From Nanobdellati archaeon (GTDB lineage: Archaea; EX4484-52; WAPT01), in contig WAPT01000001.1 of NCBI GenBank assembly GCA_015520605.1, forward strand, positions 5,428-69,427: a stretch of DNA of 64,000 nucleotides, read 5' to 3'. How positions within the stretch are numbered: the stretch's first letter is position 1; every line of letters begins with the position of its first letter. Shown one piece after another: positions 57,007 to 64,000 of this stretch. Made by a program: the position numbers and the translations under genes. The notes under the pieces are model-generated. The model saw only the letters and a program-made list of their open reading frames with translations, was not told the DNA's origin and did not search any database.

Positions 57007-58119
57007 ATGGTGCAGGATATTAAGGATGTTGAAGGATCTTCTAAACCTGAAGTTGAGGCTCATGCTCGACAAAAAACGGAGGCGAATGGCGAGCTTGAAG
57101 AACTTTTGAAGACCAGGAAGGCCGAGATTGTCGTTGTTGGAGCTGGCGGAGCCGGATGCAACACGATCTCAAGGCTCATGCAAGTTGGAGTTGAGGGTGT
57201 GAAGACCATAGCGATAAATACCGATGCGCAGGATCTTCTGTACACCGATGCGGATGTTAAGATACTCATAGGAAAGGAGATCACAAGGGGGCTTGGCGCT
57301 GGGGCCAATCCAAAGATAGGAGAGGCTGCAGCCAAAGAATCCAAAGAGACAATAAAGAAGTCCCTTGAAGGAGCGGACATGGTGTTCATAACATGCGGTC
57401 TGGGTGGGGGTACTGGAACTGGTTCAGCACCGATCATAGCTGAAATAGCCAAGAAGCTTGGTGCGCTAACAGTTGCAATAGTGACCCTCCCGTTCTCCAT
57501 GGAGGGAGCGCACAGAGCTGCAAATGCGAAAACGGGGCTTGAACAGCTGGAGGGGGTTGTTGATACCCTCATAGTCATACCAAACGACAAACTACTCGAG
57601 ATCGTGCCTGACGTCTCTATAAATACAGCTTTTAAGGTTGCTGACGAGATACTGGTAAATGCTGTGAAGGGTATAGCCGAGCTTGTTACGAAGCCGGGGT
57701 TAATTAACCTTGATTTTGCTGACATAAAGGCTGTGATGGATAGCGGGGGTCTTGCTCTTATAGGTATGGGTCAGAGCGACACCGAAAACAGGGCTTATGA
57801 AGCCGTGCAGAAAGCTCTTAACAACCCGTTGCTCGATGTTGACATAGAGGGTGCGAGAGGTGCCCTCATCAACGTTGTTGGTGGTCAGGACCTGACGCTT
57901 AGAGAAGCAAAGGAGGTTGTTAACGCCGTTACCTCAAGACTCTCTCCTGACGCAAAGGTTATATGGGGTGCACAGATAGATAGAAGCCTGGGAGAATCAT
58001 TGAGGGTGATGGTCATAGTGACTGGCGTGCAGAGCCCACAGATCTACGGGCCTGAAAGACCGTTCAGTGAGGAGAAAAAGAAGGACATAGAAAGGAAGCT
58101 CGGCATAGATTTCATCTGA
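57007..58119 (+). CDS. ftsZ: Cell division GTPase FtsZ
   Basis: The tubulin signature 'GGGTGTGSAP' and 'VVGAGGAGCN' are present. The 370-aa size fits. Confidence 0.92.
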   Translation: MVQDIKDVEGSSKPEVEAHARQKTEANGELEELLKTRKAEIVVVGAGGAGCNTISRLMQVGVEGVKTIAINTDAQDLLYTDADVKILIGKEITRGLGAGANPKIGEAAAKESKETIKKSLEGADMVFITCGLGGGTGTGSAPIIAEIAKKLGALTVAIVTLPFSMEGAHRAANAKTGLEQLEGVVDTLIVIPNDKLLEIVPDVSINTAFKVADEILVNAVKGIAELVTKPGLINLDFADIKAVMDSGGLALIGMGQSDTENRAYEAVQKALNNPLLDVDIEGARGALINVVGGQDLTLREAKEVVNAVTSRLSPDAKVIWGAQIDRSLGESLRVMVIVTGVQSPQIYGPERPFSEEKKKDIERKLGIDFI

Positions 58120-59552
58120 TTTCCTCGTCAACATTCCTCTTATTTCTATTTTTTGTGAAAGAATCAGCAGCAATTATGCCGGAAATGATAGCATCCACAT
58201 TACCCCTACATATTCCGTTCATATCACCAAGCACATAGATTTCGCTTTCCACTCTATCTGTTTTAAGCCTCATCGTGAAGGGGTCGACATTTATTCTGGA
58301 CGGCTTCAGAATTATTAAGGGAGCATACATTAAAGTTGATGGTTCCGCAAGCCCGTTGATAACAGCATCCAGCTTCTTTATGCCGTCGTATATGTTATCC
58401 ATAACTCTATCGGGATATGCAAAACTTATATCTCCAGGAGTCATATCATTGAACGTGAGGGTAGGTCGGACAAGTCTGTTGTTTTTATTCTTTTTTCCGT
58501 GCTTCTCCTGCCTTTCTCGTAATCGCCCAGCCTCTGTATTATGGGCTTACCACCGCCGAGCATAAGCGTGTTCTCGCTGAGCCTCTTTCCGTAAAGGTGT
58601 GTGTCGTTGAACGGTTCGATGAACCTGATTTCTGTCACGATCCCTAACACTGTGTTGTCACTCTTCTTGTTTTCATCCATTATGCCGTTTACACATCTGA
58701 TGCCATTTCCGTAATCCACCACCGCAACTCTTCCGTGAGGATAATAACCATAAGTACGGACGACATCGTCCCTTCTTCCGCTTATCAGGGTGAGTTTGGG
58801 CTCGCACATATAACTCATAGCCTCGGGGAATATTGTTTCTGTGGCCTCGAGAACCACACCACCGAGCAGGCTCTTTTCACCGTTTTCCTCTCTTATATAG
58901 CCTTGCGCTTTAAGCTCATCGAACATACCGTTTGTTATACCCTCCCTCCCGCACGCAAGAAAGACCGCATCTCTGTATCTCACTTTATCACCATTCTCAA
59001 GCACAGCACAGTTCTTCTCAGGAGATACCCTCCTCACGAATCCATTCACAACATCGACATTAGAACACTCGTTCTTTAGATGGTCATAAAGGCTATTCAA
59101 AAGGACACACGTGCTGTTAACTCCACCTATAAATATAACATCAGAGATAGTAACGCTTATTCCCTTTTTATGGCATTTCTCACAAACCTTTCTATTTCCT
59201 CACGTTTTTCCGTATCCGGATACTCATTATAGTTTATTCCAGTTTCCTTCGCCCAGTTGTAAAGCGAGTCCTTGGCTTTTTCCTCCAGCTTCAGAAACTC
59301 ATCAACCCTGCCGTTTCTGTAAAAATGATCCTGCAGTTCTCCACCGGGTCTCCTATAATCAGGATTTGCGCGAATTTCATCATTTAAAGAAAAGATAAAC
59401 TTGCCGTTATTCGGTCTTGGATATTTTTCCGGACCGATAACACAGATGGAGTAATTATCTTTATTTTCAAGCTCTTTTCAAGCTCTAAGGCTGCAACTAA
59501 TCCCGATAAACCACCACCTACAATAAGGACATCGTAACTTTTTGAAGGCATG
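58112..59552 (-). pseudogene. Fragmented FAD-dependent (pyridine-nucleotide-disulfide-type) oxidoreductase gene
   Basis: An unlisted 55-aa minus-strand ORF (59552 down to about 59385) encodes 'MPSKSYDVLIVGGGLSGLVAALEL', a FAD Rossmann motif. It is followed by a frameshift at an 11-nt tandem duplication. A second frame continues to about 59156, then come ORFs 58441-59100 and 58112-58444. The last carries the C-terminal FAD motif 'EIYVLGDMNG'. Confidence 0.4.
59464..59485. repeat. Perfect 11-nt tandem duplication (ttttcaagctc x2) inside the flavoprotein gene remnant
   Basis: I counted the positions directly: 59464-59474 is identical to 59475-59485. Removing one copy restores an about 130-aa open frame. 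Confidence 0.85.
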
Positions 59553-59756
59553 CCATTTAGGAAATTCCGGTAGCAACATTTTTAAGTGTGTCGCTCGTGT
59601 ACAGTATTGAGATGTCGAAAATCCGGAGTTCGTGTTCTTGCCTTTTATAAATATTTTTAAATTTTAACCACAATAAACTTGCCTATCGCCCGCCGTACTG
59701 CCCGCTGGGGCAGGAGGGGCGGATTCTTGGGACGTAAATGGCATCGGGGAGAAATC

Positions 59757-59954
59757 ATGGGGATGAAGGAGAAAATAATATCGTTCGTGAACCAGTGTAT
59801 CAGAGTGCTTAAAATAATGAAAAAACCCAGCTTGGAGGAGATCAAACTCACCATCAAAATAACGCTTCTCGGAATGACACTCATAGGTGCGATAGGATAT
59901 TTAATATTTGCGATCTTCGTGCTCCTCTCAAATTATGGAATCATAAGAATGTAA
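59757..59954 (+). CDS. secE: Protein translocase subunit SecE (Sec61-gamma)
   Basis: The 66-aa protein has a C-terminal TM helix 'LLGMTLIGAIGYLIFAIFVLL'. Its position before the spt5-rpl11 operon fits. The listed ORF is over-extended at its 5' end. Confidence 0.7.
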   Translation: MGMKEKIISFVNQCIRVLKIMKKPSLEEIKLTIKITLLGMTLIGAIGYLIFAIFVLLSNYGIIRM

Positions 59955-59972
59955 GTCTGTTTGGGTGAGAAG

Positions 59973-60413
59973 ATGGTCATATTTACTGCCAGAATCACTA
60001 TAGGAAGGGAGAAAATAGTTATGGATTCCCTTGAAGCGAAAGTTAAGGCTAACAAGCTGGGGATAAAGGCGATACTCGCGCCTGCGGAACTCAAGGGGTA
60101 CATATTCATCGAGGGAAATAACATCGATGAGGTAAGAAAGCTCGTCACGGGCGTACCTCACGTTAGAGGACTCATAGAAAAGGAGGTCAAAATAGAAGAT
60201 ATCGAGAACTTCCTTGAAGCCAAAGCCCCCGAAATAAAGATAAAGGAGGGGGACATAGTCGAGATAATTGGTGGTCCGTTCAAGAGGGAGAAAGCCAAGG
60301 TAATAAAGGTTGATGAGGAAAAAAGAGAGGCGAAGATAGAACTTATAGATTCCGCAGTGCCAATCCCCATAACCATAAAGGCTGATCTGCTTAAGGTCAT
60401 AAAGGAAGAGTGA
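59973..60413 (+). CDS. spt5: Transcription elongation factor Spt5 (NusG homologue)
   Basis: An NGN domain is followed by the KOW motif '[22 protein letters not shown]'. The ATG start lies at 59973. Confidence 0.85.
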   Translation: MVIFTARITIGREKIVMDSLEAKVKANKLGIKAILAPAELKGYIFIEGNNIDEVRKLVTGVPHVRGLIEKEVKIEDIENFLEAKAPEIKIKEGDIVEIIGGPFKREKAKVIKVDEEKREAKIELIDSAVPIPITIKADLLKVIKEE

Positions 60414-60418
60414 GAGTT

Positions 60419-60901
60419 ATGCCAGAGAAAATCGTTGAAGCACTGGTGGAAGGAGGAAAAGCAACACCAGCTCCACCTCTCGGCCCGGCTTTGGGCCAGC
60501 TGAAGGTAAACATAAAGGAAGTCATAGATGAGATAAATCGCAAAACCAAGGACTTTGCAGGAATGAAAGTTCCCGTCAAGATCATAGTTGATACCGATAC
60601 AAAGGAGTTCAGAGTGGAAGTGGGATCACCTCCAGTCTCTCAGCTCATAAAAAAAGAGCTCGGTGTTGAGAAACTAGCTAAGGAGCCGGGTAAGGAGTGG
60701 GCAGGAAACCTATCCATGGAACAGGTTGTCAAGATAGCGAGGATGAAGAGGGATAGCATGCTTGCTAAGACGCTTAAGGGAGCTGTGAAGTGCATAGTCG
60801 GATCATGTATCTCATGCGGAGTTACGGTTGAGGGCAAACATCCAAAGGAAGTGCTGAAGGAGATAGATGAGGGTAGATATGATCACCTCCTGAAGGAGTG
60901 A
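60419..60901 (+). CDS. rpl11: 50S ribosomal protein L11
   Basis: '[26 protein letters not shown]' is the canonical L11 N-terminus. Confidence 0.92.
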   Translation: MPEKIVEALVEGGKATPAPPLGPALGQLKVNIKEVIDEINRKTKDFAGMKVPVKIIVDTDTKEFRVEVGSPPVSQLIKKELGVEKLAKEPGKEWAGNLSMEQVVKIARMKRDSMLAKTLKGAVKCIVGSCISCGVTVEGKHPKEVLKEIDEGRYDHLLKE

Positions 60902-61539
60902 TGCCAATGAATATTGACGAAGCTCTGAAAAAAATGAGAGAGAACAGCAAGAAGAGGAAATTCGTGCAGACGGTGGACCTTATAATAAATTTAAGAGATG
61001 TTGATGTCAAAAACCCCTCTAACAGGTTCGTACTGGAGATTCCTCTACCAGCAGGCAGAGGTAAAAACGTGAGAGTCTGTGTTATTGGGAAGAGTTTGGC
61101 TGAGGTTGCCAAGGAGCTTGCGGATGAAGTTGTAGATGAGAAAACGCTGGAGAAAATAGAGGAGGACAAGAAGGCTATAAAGAAACTCGTCAAAAGAAAC
61201 GATTTTTTCCTTACTGAACCGCAACTGATGGCAAGGATAGGTAAGTCTATGGGTAGGTTCATGGGTCCACGTAACAAGATGCCAAAACCCGTTCCACCTC
61301 AAGCAGATATAAAGTCCATAATTGAGAAGCTGAAGAGAAGCATAAGAGTTGTACTTAAAGATAGCCCGCTTATCCAGTGTCCGATAGGAACTGAAGACAT
61401 GAGCGATGAGGACCTCAAAAAGAACTTCGAAGCTGTGATTAATGCTGTTATTCAGAAGTTGCCAGCTGGAAAACAAAATATAAAGAGCATATATATCAAG
61501 ACCACGATGGGATCTCCAGTTAAAGTGGATGAGCTTTAA
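60901..61539 (+). CDS. rpl1: 50S ribosomal protein L1
   Basis: The L1 fold pattern includes 'KKRKFVQTVDLIINL' and 'GKSMGRFMGPRNKMP'. The start overlaps the L11 stop. Confidence 0.9.
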   Translation: MPMNIDEALKKMRENSKKRKFVQTVDLIINLRDVDVKNPSNRFVLEIPLPAGRGKNVRVCVIGKSLAEVAKELADEVVDEKTLEKIEEDKKAIKKLVKRNDFFLTEPQLMARIGKSMGRFMGPRNKMPKPVPPQADIKSIIEKLKRSIRVVLKDSPLIQCPIGTEDMSDEDLKKNFEAVINAVIQKLPAGKQNIKSIYIKTTMGSPVKVDEL

Positions 61540-61551
61540 GGTCGTTGCCCT

Positions 61552-62406
61552 ATGGTAAAGGAAGAAAAAATAAGGAGGGTCAAGGAACTTGCTGACCTCA
61601 TAAAGAAGTACGGGGTTGTGGGGATCATAGATATTTACGGTTTGCCGTCAGATCCATTCCAGCAGATAAGGAAAGAACTGAGAGGGAAAGCTATAATAAG
61701 GGTTGAGAAAAAAAGCATACTTGAGCGTGCAATCAGAGAAGCCAATAAGTCCAATCTCAAAAAGCTCCTCGAGCTGGATGTTAAAATGCCAGCAATACTT
61801 CTCACCGATGATAATCCTTTCCGTCTGTTTAAATTGCTCAAGAAGAAGAGAACCCCGACTTTCGCAAAGTCAGGAGAAAGGGCTGAGAGAGAGGTTGTCG
61901 TTCCTGCAGGTCCAACGGGACTCCCACCGGGGCCCATAATCAGCGATCTCAAATCAGTTGGTATAAAAGCCTCAATTCAAGGGCAAGATATAGTTGTACA
62001 AGAGGATTGTAAGCTACTCGACCCCGGAGACGTTATAGACGAAAAGGTTGCAAACGTGCTCATGAAGCTCGGAATAAAGGCATCGTCCATAGGGCTTAAG
62101 CTTGTAGGAGCGTGGGAGAATGGGGTTGTGTACACACATGACGTGCTTGATGTCAGCGCTGAAGAGTATGAGAATGAGATTATCGAGGCTGTGCAGCAGT
62201 CCTTCAACCTTGCTTACAACATAGACTATCCAGCAAGAGAGGTCGTTGAGATTAAGCTTGTTAAGGCTACACAGCACGCGCTCAACCTTGCTTACAACGC
62301 CGTGATATACGAAAAGGAAGTCATCGAAATGCTCCTTCAGAAGGCGCAGTTTGAAGCCATGGCTTTAAATGAAGCGGTTGAAGATAAAAAAATGATAAGG
62401 GGGTAG
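61552..62406 (+). CDS. rpl10: 50S ribosomal protein L10 (acidic stalk protein P0). At 284 aa it is a short form without an acidic C-terminal tail.
   Basis: The N-terminus is 'MVKEEKIRRVKELADLIKKYGVVGIIDIYGLPS'. The product ends 6 nt before the P1 gene with no Ala/Glu-rich tail. Confidence 0.85.
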   Translation: MVKEEKIRRVKELADLIKKYGVVGIIDIYGLPSDPFQQIRKELRGKAIIRVEKKSILERAIREANKSNLKKLLELDVKMPAILLTDDNPFRLFKLLKKKRTPTFAKSGERAEREVVVPAGPTGLPPGPIISDLKSVGIKASIQGQDIVVQEDCKLLDPGDVIDEKVANVLMKLGIKASSIGLKLVGAWENGVVYTHDVLDVSAEEYENEIIEAVQQSFNLAYNIDYPAREVVEIKLVKATQHALNLAYNAVIYEKEVIEMLLQKAQFEAMALNEAVEDKKMIRG

Positions 62407-62412
62407 TTAAAG

Positions 62413-62745
62413 ATGGAGTACATATACGCGGCTCTACTCCTGCACAAAGCAGGGAAGGAGATAAACGAAGATAATATAAAGAAAATTGTGAAGGCTGCAG
62501 GGATACAGCCAGATGAGGCAAAGATAAAAGCGCTCGTGGCAGCGTTGGAGGAAGTGAACATTGAGGAAGCGATAAGCAAAGCGCCGACCATCGCTGTGGG
62601 AGCTCCTGTTGCCGCTGCTCCGGCTGGCGAGGCAGCAGCAGCCGGCGGTGAGGCCCCAGCAAAGGAAGAGGAAAAAAAGGAAGATGAGGGCAAGAAGGAG
62701 GAGGAGGCTGCAGCAGGTCTTGGTGCGCTGTTCGGAGGATTTTAA
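62413..62745 (+). CDS. rpl12: 50S ribosomal protein L12 (stalk protein P1)
   Basis: '[24 protein letters not shown]' is followed by an Ala-rich hinge and the acidic tail '[14 protein letters not shown]'. Confidence 0.9.
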   Translation: MEYIYAALLLHKAGKEINEDNIKKIVKAAGIQPDEAKIKALVAALEEVNIEEAISKAPTIAVGAPVAAAPAGEAAAAGGEAPAKEEEKKEDEGKKEEEAAAGLGALFGGF

Positions 62746-62760
62746 AGGAGAACAGCAACC

Positions 62761-62790
62761 CTTTTTTATTTTTTAAATTTTTTAATATAT
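62761..62790 (+). terminator. T-rich tract (cttttttattttttaaattttttaatat) after the ribosomal stalk operon. It is also positioned to terminate the convergent minus-strand gene.
   Basis: Oligo-T runs directly follow the L12 stop and resemble archaeal intrinsic terminators. Confidence 0.4.
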
Positions 62791-62827
62791 TTATTAAATT
62801 TAATATTTATTAGCTCTATTTAGTTTT

Positions 62828-63376
62828 TCATTTGTTGGATGCGTTTTTTATTGTTTCTTCAGTTGAATTCCCAATTATCTCATTTAAAACACACATAGTT
62901 GGTTTTGGGTTAACTATACTACACAGGTAGTTTTCAATAACGGTAATGTTGGATGCGTTTTTTATTGTTTCTAAGGGAGTATAAAGATTTAGGACTATGT
63001 TGGAGACGTTGCCCCCATAGGTGGAAAGATATAGGATGGGGTAGAATATCCTAATAAGCTGCACGGACTGATTATATATGGACATGCATTCTTCGCTGCA
63101 ATTCTTTGGCACGATGACTTCAAGCACAGCTTTGCCATTCGAAAGAATGTAATTGATCTCCTCAGCTGAAAGTGGTCTGTTTATCTCTAAGTTTGATGGA
63201 AGTTTTTGTTTTTTTGAGTGTGCAAACATACCACCGCTATAAGCCGCGGCGAAAACCGAAAATGTCAGCATGAATGCAATGAGTAGGGAAAAATACAAAT
63301 CCTTCCTTTCGTTCTTATCCACCTCCCTCCTCCCTCTCTTCCTTTTTGTGGGTCTTGGTTTGGCCATAATGCTCAA
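62828..63376 (-). CDS. Membrane-anchored hypothetical protein with an internal in-frame sequence repeat
   Basis: A basic N-terminus is followed by the TM 'LYFSLLIAFMLTFSVFAAAY'. 'ETIKNASN' occurs twice because of a 26-nt perfect DNA direct repeat (62833-62858 and 62947-62972). Confidence 0.4.
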   Translation of the reverse strand: MSIMAKPRPTKRKRGRREVDKNERKDLYFSLLIAFMLTFSVFAAAYSGGMFAHSKKQKLPSNLEINRPLSAEEINYILSNGKAVLEVIVPKNCSEECMSIYNQSVQLIRIFYPILYLSTYGGNVSNIVLNLYTPLETIKNASNITVIENYLCSIVNPKPTMCVLNEIIGNSTEETIKNASNK

Positions 63377-64000
63377 CCCTTCAACAGTTGAGAGATCGCC
63401 AACACCCGTTTTCTATAATTTTTTATTGCGGACTCTTTAAGGCCTGCTCTCTTCAAGGTATCATCGTCAGCCTTCATAAAGTCAACAACGTTCCATATCC
63501 CGAGAGGAATAAGCGCTCTCCTATCTCTCAAAGGCATGCTGATTACTGTGAGTGGATATGCTTTCATCTCATTTACCCAGTCCGCAAAACTATGTCCTTC
63601 GGGAAATCTCCAACTCAGAAGTTTGATGCCTCTGCACTTCGCGTATCTAATAGCGTGATCCGAAAATTTTGTGTTTGTCGTCACCCAGGCTTCAGATGGA
63701 TTTATGGCGTTTTTCTTCCCTAGATCCCATCCTTCTCTCAGGTCTATTAATCTAGCATGTTGTCGCATCACCACATCAAGCCCCGTAAATGTTCTCTCCC
63801 TGTAGTGATGCTTGCACTCCACAATGATGATTTTATCATTTTTTTCGGCCAGAACATCTATTTCGTGTTCCACACACTTTCCCTCAGGTTTTGGTTCCGG
63901 GCTTCTCTTAACCCTGTAGCCGCGCAACCTGAAAAGAGAAGCCACATAACATTCAAATTCGTGAATATCGGGGTTAAGAGAAGCAATCGCATCCTTTAGC
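63373..64000 (-). CDS. Mrr-type (PD-(D/E)xK) restriction-endonuclease-like protein, N-terminally truncated by the window edge
   Basis: 'HEFECYVASLFRLRGYRVKRSPEPKPEGKCVEHEIDVLAEKNDKIIIVECKHH' fits the Mrr catalytic domain pattern F-E-x-l-v-a-x-L-l...G-y...D-x-G-I-D...(E/Q)-x-K. The frame stays open to nt 64000 upstream of the listed GTG start. Confidence 0.5.
   Translation of the reverse strand, partial: LKDAIASLNPDIHEFECYVASLFRLRGYRVKRSPEPKPEGKCVEHEIDVLAEKNDKIIIVECKHHYRERTFTGLDVVMRQHARLIDLREGWDLGKKNAINPSEAWVTTNTKFSDHAIRYAKCRGIKLLSWRFPEGHSFADWVNEMKAYPLTVISMPLRDRRALIPLGIWNVVDFMKADDDTLKRAGLKESAIKNYRKRVLAISQLLKG

Noticed and set aside
57060-57725. 221-aa minus-strand ORF within ftsZ
   Set aside because: It is antisense to the FtsZ GTPase domain and has an Ala/Ser-rich low-complexity translation.
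1-64000. CRISPR arrays, integrases, transposases and rRNA genes
   Set aside because: I scanned for regularly spaced direct repeats and for recombinase or transposase motifs and found none. The only tandem repeats are the 11-nt duplication at 59464 and the 26-nt repeat at 62833/62947, both inside coding sequence.

Overview
This 64 kb window looks like archaeal chromosome, probably a thermophilic euryarchaeon, though I cannot assign a genus from sequence alone. The evidence is GGAGGTG-type ribosome-binding sites, A/T-rich TATA-like promoter boxes and proteins rich in K, E and I. Coding density is high and there are many 4-nt or longer gene overlaps. Recognisable core genes are TBP, MCM, aIF2-beta, aIF1A, NMD3-like, a Rio1 kinase next to a KH/Dim2-like protein, topoisomerase VI B and A, and GatD with GatE. 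Also present are Gly-, Trp-, Phe-alpha/beta- and Leu-tRNA synthetases, tRNA-Asn(GTT), tRNA-Phe(GAA), the tRNA-splicing endonuclease, FtsZ, MinD, an FKBP, a cupin-type PGI, and the SecE-Spt5-L11-L1-L10(P0)-L12(P1) operon. Between these core genes sit several accessory modules that I consider the most interesting content. (1) An operon of five consecutive type IV pilin-like genes (class III signal peptides, many N-glycosylation sequons) followed by a B12-binding radical SAM gene. (2) A pseudo-KaiC::MglA-like small GTPase fusion with a Roadblock/LC7 (MglB-like) partner and a convergent intact KaiC-like ATPase. (3) A translationally coupled pair of AT-rich genes for large surface proteins, one a 1334-aa DUF2341/LamG/thrombospondin-3-like protein. 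(4) A minimal pyruvate-kinase-like barrel protein flanked by the two tRNA genes. (5) A UbiA prenyltransferase, flippase-like membrane protein and GT4 glycosyltransferase operon. (6) Two decayed genes: a flavoprotein carrying an 11-nt tandem duplication, and a frameshifted alpha/beta hydrolase. I could not run any database search, so every product call rests on motifs I could read in the translations.
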